Below are positions 49,252 to 58,715 of a DNA stretch of 64,000 nt, in pieces. The DNA is from Candidatus Woesebacteria bacterium RIFCSPHIGHO2_01_FULL_39_32 (lineage in GTDB: Bacteria > Patescibacteriota > Microgenomatia > UBA8517). The notes under the pieces were generated by a model that saw only the letters and a list, made by a program, of their open reading frames with translations, did not search any database and was not told where the DNA came from. Made by a program: the position numbers and the translations under genes. The stretch covers positions 153,710 to 217,709 of the forward strand of contig MGGJ01000001.1 of the NCBI GenBank assembly GCA_001792345.1. Reading direction: 5' to 3'. Position 1 is the first letter of the stretch. Each line of letters opens with the position of its first letter.

Positions 49252-52200
49252 ATGAATAAAAAAATATTTATTTTACTTTTACTGTCCTCAGTATTGTTGA
49301 CTACAATTTTGTTTAAAGACAAGACCATATTAGGCGGAGGGGAATCGGGAGTTCCGTTTTATAACATCACAAGGATGTTTAAAGATAGTTCCAGTTCGTG
49401 GCTGGATGGACTTCTTGGAAGTTACATACCTCAATCTGTTGCCAATTATCCATACTTAAAAATTTTCAGCTTCCTCGAGGTACAAGGTATTAATGGGTAT
49501 GTTTTGCAAGCACTATTTACATTTATTGCACTTTTAATATCTCTCGTCTTTTTCTTCCTTCTTACAAAAGAAGTATTTTCAAATTATCCAAATAGCGCTT
49601 ATTTATTTTCATCCTTCTTCTATTTATTCAATTTCTACAGTGCAATGAATATTTGGAATAGATTCTTACTGAATTTTCTTCTTTTCTATTCGGTCCTACC
49701 TATGTTTTTGTGGCTTTACATGAGGTTTTTAAGGAGCAGGAACTTTGTATATTTAGGTTTATTCTTGATGCTTTCATTTATTTTTTCTTACGCCTTTTCG
49801 TCTCCTGGTCACATTATGATTTTCTGGTTTTTATTGTTATTCATTAGCTTATTTGAGTTGATGAAAGACAAAAAAAAGGTAGCTCAGGTTAAAAATTTTG
49901 TTATTACTTTAATGTTATGGCTTTTGGTTAATTTTTGGTGGATTTTACAGCAAGCCGCATATGCTATTTCGGAATCATTTAAGTCAATAAGTACGGAGTA
50001 TTTTTCTGACGTAGGAAATACTATTGGCTTCAGTTTTTTAAGTAATGTCTTGGGTAAATTTGAGAATCTATATCTTTTGAAACATGGTTTATTTTATAAC
50101 CAAGAATATGACTTTATTCTTAAATGGCCGCTTATTTACAAAAAACCACTGCTTTTGATCGTTGAGTGGATGGCGAGTCTTTATATACTTTACTGGGCTA
50201 TTAACAACAGAAAGAGATTGTCCGTCGTATTTAGTTTGGGCCTGTTACTTATTGGCTTCATACTGGCGAAAGGGAATTCCCCGCCTCTGGGAGAAGTATT
50301 TGACTTTTTTTTCCAGCGCTTTTCATTTGTACAGTTTTTTCGAAATCCATTTGAAAAATTGGGGATAATTCCGACGATGGGTTTCTCCCTGATGATTGGA
50401 CCATCGTTGTCCGATTTGGCCAAAAAGTTAAGCCGTCAAAAACCATTTTTGAGGGTTTTTATTCCACTAGTTTCGTTTACATATATAGTTGTTATTTTGG
50501 GTTTTCCTTTTTGGAGCGGCCTAGTATTTACTGGAAGCCAAGCGCCACTTAATGATCCTGAAGTAGGGCTGCGGGTGGAGGTACCATCTTATTATAAGGA
50601 TGCAGACAATTGGCTGTCTCTAGAGGACAAGGATACAAGATTTATGACATTTCCATTAGGTGGCGAAGGTATCCAATATCTTTGGCCAAAGGGTTATTTG
50701 GGAGTTGAGGAATCGGCGATTCTTTTCGAGAATGCTAATATTTCAAGTGTTTTGGCCTTTCCGTATTACGATAAAATTGCGTCAAATCTTCAAAAACTAT
50801 TTACAAAAAACATAGATTTTTACAAAATTGCCTCACTTCTAAATGCAAGATATTTACTTTTCAGGCCGGACATAGAATTTAAAAATTCAGGCATGAAAGA
50901 CCCCGCATATATAGATAATTTGTTCGAAGAAAGAGTCAGTAACGAAAAAGCAAATATTTCTTTTGCATCGCAGTTTGGTCCGCTAAAGTTTTATAAGTTA
51001 GATAATAAAGTTACTTTACCGAAGATTTATGCTGCTAATAATTACGTTAATGGAGGTTCTGGCGCCGACATTGAACAGTTTTTGCTCTCGGGCGCTGAAG
51101 TTGGGGATGTTATGTACAATTCCGGGTGGCCCGTGAGAAATAAACTCGATGCTAATACGTCTTTTTATGTTTCAAAGAATAAAGCCATATTTTATCTTCC
51201 AGGACCTCAATACCCGCTATTTGTTGATGCGCCTTACATTTTTCCTTATGTTTCACACTTACCAAGCTCACCGATATATTCGTTGTTGATCATTAAAGAA
51301 AATCTTCAAAGAAATTTATATTCAGATAAAGAAAGTAAGCTTAGATGGGATTTATTGACTTTAGGGAAACGACTAATTGAGGTCAGAAACGCTCTTTCGG
51401 CCGGAGACGAGAAAGGTGCTATTAAATCCCTACAAATTTACAGAAAAAATTTAGCTAGTGTTGTTTCCGACATAGATCTGGTTTCGAAATCGTTAAAAAA
51501 ACCCGGAGAGCAGGTTTGGAACGAAAAAATGCTTACAGAAATTTTTAGCAGTCATCTTTTTCTTTTTAACGATTTTGAAAAAAGTACATTAAATAGCGAT
51601 GGCAGTATTACGGACCTGAAAAAACAACTCTTATTATCCGTTTCCAAATTGAAAATATTACCATATTACTATCCAATAGTTAGCGAAGATTTTCCTTTAG
51701 AGAGCAGAGTAGTCTATGGAGTAGAAATAGACTCCTCGGGGGAATATGACGTAATTTTCCCAAAATCAATATTCTTTCCTGAATACTTTGGTATTAATCA
51801 ACGTATTAATATACAGATCGACGACGTAGTATATTCAACGCAAATAGGAATAGATAATAATAAGGTGTATTTTGGTAAATATTATTTATCGGAGGGCTAT
51901 CATGAAATTTCTTTCAACCAGTTTTCGAAAATAAATTTAATCGACGAAAATTTAACTAGCTTTGAATTAAATTCTATCCATGGCGAAGACTCTATAAATA
52001 TCCCAATAAAAACTTACGATGCATATTCTCAATACGAAATATCATTTGACTACCTCATTCATTACGGGAATGGCCCAGTCCTACAGGTGAGTTTAAATAA
52101 CGATAAGATTATCAAGAAAGATGGAGTTGAGACAGAACAGTATTATTTTGAAAAGTATCTTCCCCCTGATGATTATTATTTTATAAAAAGACCTTATTCG

Positions 52201-52788
52201 ACTGTTGTTAATCCAGACCCGTCATCCGACACGATGACACTAATATTTAGCGCAATCCCTTGGAATAATTGTACAAAGATTTTTTACAAAAACCCAAAGA
52301 AATGTAGCGATGTTTCGATAAGTAAGACCTATGAAAGACCAACAAAGGTGGAAATTACAAATCTGCAAATCCACCCCAGATTTTCAAGAGAACTTTTTGT
52401 ACTAAGAGTCGATGCGGTAGATGAAAAAGTATCACCAAAAATTTCTTTTACTAAAAAGAGTCACACTCATTATAAAGTGGAGGTTCGTGATTCGGAGAAG
52501 CCCTTTGTTTTGGTCTTTTCTGAATTATTTGACAAGGGATGGAAACTTTACCTAAATGGCGATAGTAAGCGGTATCCCGAGAATAACCATTTTTTGGCCA
52601 ATAGTTATGCAAACGGTTGGTTAATAGAAAATGAGGGAGACTTTAATTTGGAACTTAAATTTGTGCCCGATAAATTTAAAGAAATGGGATTGTATTTATC
52701 CTTTTTCGTACTTGGGCTGATTTTTCTTATTACGCTGTTATTGTCCGTTAATGTTTTTTTGTCTAAAAGATTTAATAAAGGATTATGA
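49252..52788 (+). CDS. Large GT-C protein (AftD-like) with an inserted DUF5667-like helical domain and beta-rich extracellular domains
   Basis: Paralog of 38880 (GGE.G.PFYN, NFWWI, KG..PP, FRNP.EK, VP.YY..A..WL, YANGW); start moved to ATG 49252. Confidence 0.7.
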   Translation: MNKKIFILLLLSSVLLTTILFKDKTILGGGESGVPFYNITRMFKDSSSSWLDGLLGSYIPQSVANYPYLKIFSFLEVQGINGYVLQALFTFIALLISLVFFFLLTKEVFSNYPNSAYLFSSFFYLFNFYSAMNIWNRFLLNFLLFYSVLPMFLWLYMRFLRSRNFVYLGLFLMLSFIFSYAFSSPGHIMIFWFLLLFISLFELMKDKKKVAQVKNFVITLMLWLLVNFWWILQQAAYAISESFKSISTEYFSDVGNTIGFSFLSNVLGKFENLYLLKHGLFYNQEYDFILKWPLIYKKPLLLIVEWMASLYILYWAINNRKRLSVVFSLGLLLIGFILAKGNSPPLGEVFDFFFQRFSFVQFFRNPFEKLGIIPTMGFSLMIGPSLSDLAKKLSRQKPFLRVFIPLVSFTYIVVILGFPFWSGLVFTGSQAPLNDPEVGLRVEVPSYYKDADNWLSLEDKDTRFMTFPLGGEGIQYLWPKGYLGVEESAILFENANISSVLAFPYYDKIASNLQKLFTKNIDFYKIASLLNARYLLFRPDIEFKNSGMKDPAYIDNLFEERVSNEKANISFASQFGPLKFYKLDNKVTLPKIYAANNYVNGGSGADIEQFLLSGAEVGDVMYNSGWPVRNKLDANTSFYVSKNKAIFYLPGPQYPLFVDAPYIFPYVSHLPSSPIYSLLIIKENLQRNLYSDKESKLRWDLLTLGKRLIEVRNALSAGDEKGAIKSLQIYRKNLASVVSDIDLVSKSLKKPGEQVWNEKMLTEIFSSHLFLFNDFEKSTLNSDGSITDLKKQLLLSVSKLKILPYYYPIVSEDFPLESRVVYGVEIDSSGEYDVIFPKSIFFPEYFGINQRINIQIDDVVYSTQIGIDNNKVYFGKYYLSEGYHEISFNQFSKINLIDENLTSFELNSIHGEDSINIPIKTYDAYSQYEISFDYLIHYGNGPVLQVSLNNDKIIKKDGVETEQYYFEKYLPPDDYYFIKRPYSTVVNPDPSSDTMTLIFSAIPWNNCTKIFYKNPKKCSDVSISKTYERPTKVEITNLQIHPRFSRELFVLRVDAVDEKVSPKISFTKKSHTHYKVEVRDSEKPFVLVFSELFDKGWKLYLNGDSKRYPENNHFLANSYANGWLIENEGDFNLELKFVPDKFKEMGLYLSFFVLGLIFLITLLLSVNVFLSKRFNKGL

Positions 52789-53132
52789 AAAAAATACGTA
52801 GTTATAGATATCCCATTTTTATTTTTTCATTGTTTGTCCTAACTGTCCTTAATATAATAAAAATAGTTGCGCGATCAAGGTTTGCTGTAAATATATTTCC
52901 TAACCTACATTACTGGTTATGGACGATTATTCTAATAGAAGCTGTTTTTGTTTTTAACATTAAGATCAAAAATGTTTTAAAAATAGCTCTTGCTTTAACA
53001 GTAGTCGGGGGAGCTTTATCTATTTTTAGAATTGTTATTGCTGAAAATGTACTAAAATTCGGTTTTATATTGTGGATAGTGGGTTATCTTTTTAATCTTA
53101 TTGAGATTGTTAGAAAAAATGAAATTAATTAA
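52785..53132 (+). CDS. Small membrane protein (3-4 TM)
   Basis: Hydrophobic 115 aa; ATGA overlap with the upstream gene. Confidence 0.6.
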   Translation: MKKIRSYRYPIFIFSLFVLTVLNIIKIVARSRFAVNIFPNLHYWLWTIILIEAVFVFNIKIKNVLKIALALTVVGGALSIFRIVIAENVLKFGFILWIVGYLFNLIEIVRKNEIN

Positions 53133-53289
53133 TAGTACCTCCTTTTTTCTTACGTTTTTATTATCACTGATCTTATCACTTGTATCTTTTCTAACGTATC
53201 ATCCCAGAATGAGCGAGTGGATGCTTAATACTAGCTTCACGTTTATCGTTATTGGAACGTTATTCTACTTTCGGGATCTCAAAAAATGA
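53119..53289 (+). CDS. Very small 2-TM membrane protein
   Basis: 56 aa from ATG 53119; fills the gap and overlaps the next ATG (ATGA). Confidence 0.5.
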   Translation: MKLINSTSFFLTFLLSLILSLVSFLTYHPRMSEWMLNTSFTFIVIGTLFYFRDLKK

Positions 53290-56090
53290 AAATTCACAGA
53301 ACCGGCCTTTTTTTAATATTAATCATTATTTATAGTAGACTTTTTTCAACCTTTGCTAACGTAGCGAATGATCTTCACTTCGCGTTTTTAGAAAATTTGA
53401 AGGAACAGCTAACTTTACCGATGTCTTGGAGTGCGAGAGGCGCAGTCGGTCTTGGCGAATATGCAGTGTTTGTTCTTTGGAACTGGCCATTAAATTATTT
53501 ATTCGGAGTATTAGGTGGCTTAGGTTTACCCTATACACTTCTGATCAAATGTTTAGGTTTTGGGTTATTTATAATCGTTGCAGTTTGGTCAATTTCGAGA
53601 ATATTAGAATATTTAAATATTTCTGAGTTCGGGAGACTTATTGGCATCCTGTTTTATCTGTCAAATAGTTATATCTTACTTCTTTTGGATGGAGGACAGT
53701 TAAATCTTGCTTTAGCCTACTCGCTTTTACCTCTGACATTTCTTTTATATAAAAAGGGAGAGGAGACAAAATCTTTGAAGGGATCAATATTATTTGCTAT
53801 TTCAACGATTGTTCTTTCAATTTTTGACATTAGAATACTTTATTTGTTAGCACTTTTAATTTTTCTTAATTTTTTGGTTACATTGTTTCTTAAACCAAAT
53901 TCAATTAAAGACATAATAGGTTCTAATTTGAAAATGGCGTTATTGTCGGGAGCAATATTTGTTGGATTCCATGCATATTGGATCATACCTTCTTTATTTG
54001 CAAGAGCTCCAAGTTTGCCGACTAGTTATGGGAGGGTATTTCAAGTAGATTTATTAAGTTTTGCATCATTGGGACATTCTTTGACTCTTTTACAACCACA
54101 CTGGTACAGGAATGTTTTTGGGAAAATTACCGAATTAAAGCTCGAATTTATGTTGATTCCTCTGTTGGTTCTTCTCGCGCCCATATTCAGACGAAAAGAC
54201 AAAAATATAGCCTTTTGGCTTATCGTATTAGTTGTAGGTATATTCATGATAAAAGGAGCAAACCCGCCCCTACCCCAAGTCTATCCGTGGCTTTTTACTC
54301 ATATGCCGGGTCTTTCGTTTTTTCGCGACCCCACTAAGTTTTTCTTTTTGGTTGCACTTTCTTATTCTGTTTTAATAGGGATAACAGTAGACGAGGTTAG
54401 TCAAAGATTATCTATATTAAAGATAAAGAGCGGATTTCTTAAATCTTATATCCTAAATCCTAAAACATTTGTGTTTCTTCTTGCTGTCTACTTCTTACTA
54501 CTTGTCCGACCTATTTGGCTTGGCCAAATGACTGGGACTTTTTCTCCTCCAATTTATCAGAACGAATATGAAGAGATAAATTCCTTAGTCGAGAAAGACT
54601 CTTCGTTTGGCAGAGTATTTTGGATTCCGACAAAAGCACCCTTAGGATATTCTTCATTTAAACACCCATCGGTTGAAGCTTCAAGGTTAGTTGAAAAGCG
54701 ACCATTCGCAATTGGAACGGTCGGAACTTACGAAATTTTTAATTATTTACGAGAAGCACCTTTTATGGGTGAACTTTTTGATGTTGCAGGAATTCGCTAC
54801 ATTGTATATCCATACCCGGATACAAGACGTGAGGAGTTAAAACAAGACAATATTGATTATTACTATGCATTTTTGGATCAGTTATCAAATCTTCCTTGGG
54901 TTGAAAGTCGAGTTTCCGATCCGCCCGTGCCTTTATTAAAGGTTAAAGAAGCCCAGGACCATTTCTTTATTACAAACAATACCTATCTTGTTATCGGTTC
55001 GGATAAAATTTATAACGATTTAGCTAGGATTGAAGGGTTTAAGTTGTCGAATAATGCCTTGATTTTCGCTGAGGAACAACCTGCAGTAGGGAATACGTGC
55101 AAGGACCGTCCCTGCACGGTAATTTTGTATGACAAAAATGAAATCGATTACGCGGCTACCTTTATAGATAAAAGTAATTTTATTTTTCCCGCGGGTCAGT
55201 TGGAATTCAGTCCTTCGGCGAACTCAGGATCTTCGGGCTGGTGGAAAAGAGAAACACTAGATCTTTTATGGTGGCGCAATTTTTTGCAGGAAAAATATGG
55301 AATTGATAATCAGGATTTTGATTTTGGTGGCGGTTGGGCTGTCGCCGAAGGCGACAAACAATTGACGATTAACGATAAGAAATTTACAAAAGATAATAAA
55401 CTTCTTGCGAGATTAATGTTAAGTAATCGTGGAGGTAGGATGAATTTTTTTCAGGGTGACCAAGAGGTTGGAGAGATTGATACGAGAATAGAGGAACCGG
55501 AAAAAGTCGAAATTAAACTGACCGGTTACGCCGAGATTCCTGATCAAATTTTTGAGTACGACGAGTCAGAGGTCAGATGGTTTGAAATAGGCAATTTGGT
55601 GTCGGATCAACACATAACCATAAAAGCCGAAGGCGAAATTAATGTTGTTAATTCATTGGTTTCGTTACCCCAAGCCGAGTTTGACCGTCTCCGTAGTTTA
55701 GTCTACAAAGACAATATAATTCATTGGGAAAGTCTCGGAAATGATGCGAAAAACGAGTTAGTTAGAGTTGAGTCTTCGCCCCAGGTTAGCTATCAGCGAA
55801 TAAACCCTACACACTATAAAGTAAGTATCGAGAAAATTGCGTCTCCGGTTACCCTGGCGTTTTCAGAAACTTACGATCCTTTATGGGAAATTACAAATAT
55901 TGAAACCGGCCAAAAAAACACGTCATATCCACTTTACAGTTTAATCAATGGTTTTTATGTCGACAAAGACGGCGAGTATGAAATTTACTTCTCCCCCCAA
56001 AAATATGTTTATCCCGGCCTGGCTATAAGCGGAATGACGGTTTTTGGCATTATCGCATTGCTTTACTACTCCAGGAAAAGGCAACAATAA
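53286..56090 (+). CDS. Polytopic GT-C protein (AftD/YfhO-like)
   Basis: D after TM1, GQ....Y..LP, H..W..P, KGANPP, FRDP.KF, RVFW.P, RINPT.Y, FSE.YD..W, NGF, F.PQ. Confidence 0.7.
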   Translation: MKIHRTGLFLILIIIYSRLFSTFANVANDLHFAFLENLKEQLTLPMSWSARGAVGLGEYAVFVLWNWPLNYLFGVLGGLGLPYTLLIKCLGFGLFIIVAVWSISRILEYLNISEFGRLIGILFYLSNSYILLLLDGGQLNLALAYSLLPLTFLLYKKGEETKSLKGSILFAISTIVLSIFDIRILYLLALLIFLNFLVTLFLKPNSIKDIIGSNLKMALLSGAIFVGFHAYWIIPSLFARAPSLPTSYGRVFQVDLLSFASLGHSLTLLQPHWYRNVFGKITELKLEFMLIPLLVLLAPIFRRKDKNIAFWLIVLVVGIFMIKGANPPLPQVYPWLFTHMPGLSFFRDPTKFFFLVALSYSVLIGITVDEVSQRLSILKIKSGFLKSYILNPKTFVFLLAVYFLLLVRPIWLGQMTGTFSPPIYQNEYEEINSLVEKDSSFGRVFWIPTKAPLGYSSFKHPSVEASRLVEKRPFAIGTVGTYEIFNYLREAPFMGELFDVAGIRYIVYPYPDTRREELKQDNIDYYYAFLDQLSNLPWVESRVSDPPVPLLKVKEAQDHFFITNNTYLVIGSDKIYNDLARIEGFKLSNNALIFAEEQPAVGNTCKDRPCTVILYDKNEIDYAATFIDKSNFIFPAGQLEFSPSANSGSSGWWKRETLDLLWWRNFLQEKYGIDNQDFDFGGGWAVAEGDKQLTINDKKFTKDNKLLARLMLSNRGGRMNFFQGDQEVGEIDTRIEEPEKVEIKLTGYAEIPDQIFEYDESEVRWFEIGNLVSDQHITIKAEGEINVVNSLVSLPQAEFDRLRSLVYKDNIIHWESLGNDAKNELVRVESSPQVSYQRINPTHYKVSIEKIASPVTLAFSETYDPLWEITNIETGQKNTSYPLYSLINGFYVDKDGEYEIYFSPQKYVYPGLAISGMTVFGIIALLYYSRKRQQ
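55086..55115. repeat. Degenerate GTAG-type REP inserted in frame
   Basis: gtaggga-atacgtgcaaggaccg-tccctgc; GC-rich patch in an AT-rich gene. Confidence 0.45.
55210..55236. repeat. Miniature palindromic element inserted in frame (copy 2)
   Basis: gtccttcggcgaactcaggatcttcgg aligns with 10849-10876. Confidence 0.55.
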
Positions 56091-56113
56091 AAAGGGTATA
56101 ATTTTGGGTAGAT

Positions 56114-57415
56114 ATGAAAAATATCGTTTCCCGCTTGCCATTTTACTCTTACTTCGACGAAATAATTTCAACTTCAACCTTTAGGCACTCATCAATTACT
56201 TTGATTGGTACGGTTTTAACAGGTGCCCTCGGCGCGGTTTTTTACATCTTGACCGCCAGATTTTTGGGACCGTCGCTTTTTGGCCTTCTAAACGTTGCAA
56301 TTGTTACTCAGACACTTATTACCGACATCGGCGACCTAGGGACGGACACGGGCTTAGTCAACTTTGTCTCCCGCTATATCAAGATAGATATAAAAAAGAC
56401 ATACAGATTTTTGAAGCTTGCCTTTGAGATTAAACTGATTGTCTACGTACTCACTTTGACTATTGGATTGGCTTCTGCAAGTTTTATTGCCCGAGAAATG
56501 CTCGACCTACCCCAAGTAGAACAACCGTTAAAGATTGCGATTGTGGGTGTTGGAGCAATTTCTCTCTTTGGGTTTATTACCCGCACTTTCCAAGCCCAGC
56601 AACGATTCTGGGCCTGGAGTGGAATTCAGGTAGGCATAAATACCCTACGCATTGTTTTTATCGGCCTTCTGACTCTTCTGGGTTATTTAACTTTGGAGAA
56701 TACTCTTTGGGTTTACATCGCCATGCCACTCCTTGGCTTTGCCATTGGTTTACTGCTAATTTCACCTAAATTTTTGAAAGCAAAAAAAGAATTTACCGTC
56801 GCGAGGGAATTTTTTGGTTACAACAAATGGGTTGCCGCATTTACCATTTTGGCAGCAATCAGTTCGCGCTTAGATACCTTTATTTCGGCCAGGCTTTTGA
56901 GCTCTGTCGACCTTGGTCTTTATTCTGCCGCAAATCAAATGGTAAAGTTGGTTCCGATGATCGTAGCGGCAATGGGCACAGTAATTGCACCGAAAATGGC
57001 CGGGATCGATTCGGTTGAGAAATTAATAACTTACATAAAAAAGACCCAGGTGATGGTAATTGCAGTCGCTGTTGTAGGTCTTTCTTTATCACCTCTGGCA
57101 ATTTGGTTAATACCTTTATTATTGGGCGGGGAATATGTGGGTGCGGGACCAATTTTCCTGATACTGTTAACTGCGATGCTTAGCTTTTTAATTTCAGTAC
57201 CTACCCATATGGCTATTATCTATTATTATTCAAAACCATCTTTTTTCTTTTGGTTATCAATAGTTCATCTTTTAATAATTGCTATTTTGGGTTGGTTTTT
57301 AACTTCAAAGTATGGAACAATAGGAGCTGCAACTACAGTACTTCTAGGACAAGTAGTGAATTTTGTAATTCCTCTTCTGTGGGTTTTGAGGAAGATAAAT
57401 CAGACAAAAGCCTAA
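56114..57415 (+). CDS. Wzx/MOP-family flippase
   Basis: ARFLGP..FG, DLG....L..F, SRLD........LG.YSAA, P.M; about 12 TM. Confidence 0.85.
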   Translation: MKNIVSRLPFYSYFDEIISTSTFRHSSITLIGTVLTGALGAVFYILTARFLGPSLFGLLNVAIVTQTLITDIGDLGTDTGLVNFVSRYIKIDIKKTYRFLKLAFEIKLIVYVLTLTIGLASASFIAREMLDLPQVEQPLKIAIVGVGAISLFGFITRTFQAQQRFWAWSGIQVGINTLRIVFIGLLTLLGYLTLENTLWVYIAMPLLGFAIGLLLISPKFLKAKKEFTVAREFFGYNKWVAAFTILAAISSRLDTFISARLLSSVDLGLYSAANQMVKLVPMIVAAMGTVIAPKMAGIDSVEKLITYIKKTQVMVIAVAVVGLSLSPLAIWLIPLLLGGEYVGAGPIFLILLTAMLSFLISVPTHMAIIYYYSKPSFFFWLSIVHLLIIAILGWFLTSKYGTIGAATTVLLGQVVNFVIPLLWVLRKINQTKA

Positions 57416-57416
57416 A

Positions 57417-58715
57417 ATGAAGAGACTTGCATTAATATTCCTTGGGATAGTATCTTTCACCCTACGTTTTTATAAACTAGGCGTTATACCGAAAGGAATA
57501 AGTATGGAGGAAGCATCTTTCGGTTTATCGATCGCCAAGTTTTTTGGAGATGAGATTCTTAACCCCTTTTTTGTTCGATTGCCATTCGCAATTTTAGGAA
57601 TCTTGAGCGTTTTTGTTTTCTATTCTTTGCTTTGCCGATTTGGAGAATCTTTTAAATTTTCTTATTTATCAAGTTTATTACTAACTCTTACTCCTTGGCA
57701 TATACAAGAAAGTAGAATTGTTTCGAAGGGTATTTTGCTGACCTTTATACTTATTTTGTTAGCTCTTATTTTTTCAAAACAATTAAAATCGCGGACAAAA
57801 TTATTAACTTATTCCGCTTTTCTACTTTCAACTTTACTTTTCGTAGCAACTCTTTTAATTTCTCTCCCTAAAGTTAGTGATGCAGTTGATATAGAAAGAC
57901 AAGAGGCAGCAAATGTTATATCTGTTAAGATGTCTAGAGTCTTTTCAAATAAAGCAGTTGAATCTTATAGAAAAAATGTTTTTACAATATATGAACATCT
58001 TGATTATGGAGTTTATTTTTTTAATGGACATCCCCGACAAAGGTGGGGAGTGGAAGAAACACAAAAGCTTTTTATTTCCTTTATCCCATTAATAATAATT
58101 GGAATAATAAAATTGAGGAATAACAAAGGACTTCTTTTGGGAGTATTATTTATTTTTTTAGTAACGCTTTTTACATTTTTGGAATATCGCGATCCATCGG
58201 AAACTCTACCTTTGGTTTTTATTTTCGTTTTCTTTTCAGCGAGTGGCTTAACTTATTTATTAAACAAAAAAGAAAATCTAAAAGTTTTTTATATTCTACT
58301 TTTAATATTAGGGTACGAGTTTTTTAATTTTAACGTCATATATTTTTTAGGATTGTCTGAATCGACTTTTTCTCCAAGAAGACCCGTATATGAAGACCTC
58401 GTAAAAAATGTAAATCACGTTCGTAGAAACGATGAAAAAGTTTTGGTAAATGAAAGACTATTAAAACCTAAAATATTCTTTCAATTTTATTTAAAAGATC
58501 CTGCTCCAAATGATTTTGAATTTAGAAATTATAACGTATGGAATGAGGATGATAAAAATGTTTTATTTGTCGATGTGTTACCCTTCGAGCCTTCACCTAC
58601 CGAGTCTCTTTATACAAAGGAAGGAAACTTTCCTGAAAAACTTACTTTTTTGTATGAGATAAACGACGAACAATTAAAACAAACAGTTTTTATATATAGA
58701 TATGACAAGAATTAA
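57417..58715 (+). CDS. ArnT/PMT-like GT-C membrane protein, shortened
   Basis: LRFY.LG..P.G...EEA, RLP.A..G, PWHI..SR; lacks the first external loop present in the next gene. Confidence 0.6.
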   Translation: MKRLALIFLGIVSFTLRFYKLGVIPKGISMEEASFGLSIAKFFGDEILNPFFVRLPFAILGILSVFVFYSLLCRFGESFKFSYLSSLLLTLTPWHIQESRIVSKGILLTFILILLALIFSKQLKSRTKLLTYSAFLLSTLLFVATLLISLPKVSDAVDIERQEAANVISVKMSRVFSNKAVESYRKNVFTIYEHLDYGVYFFNGHPRQRWGVEETQKLFISFIPLIIIGIIKLRNNKGLLLGVLFIFLVTLFTFLEYRDPSETLPLVFIFVFFSASGLTYLLNKKENLKVFYILLLILGYEFFNFNVIYFLGLSESTFSPRRPVYEDLVKNVNHVRRNDEKVLVNERLLKPKIFFQFYLKDPAPNDFEFRNYNVWNEDDKNVLFVDVLPFEPSPTESLYTKEGNFPEKLTFLYEINDEQLKQTVFIYRYDKN

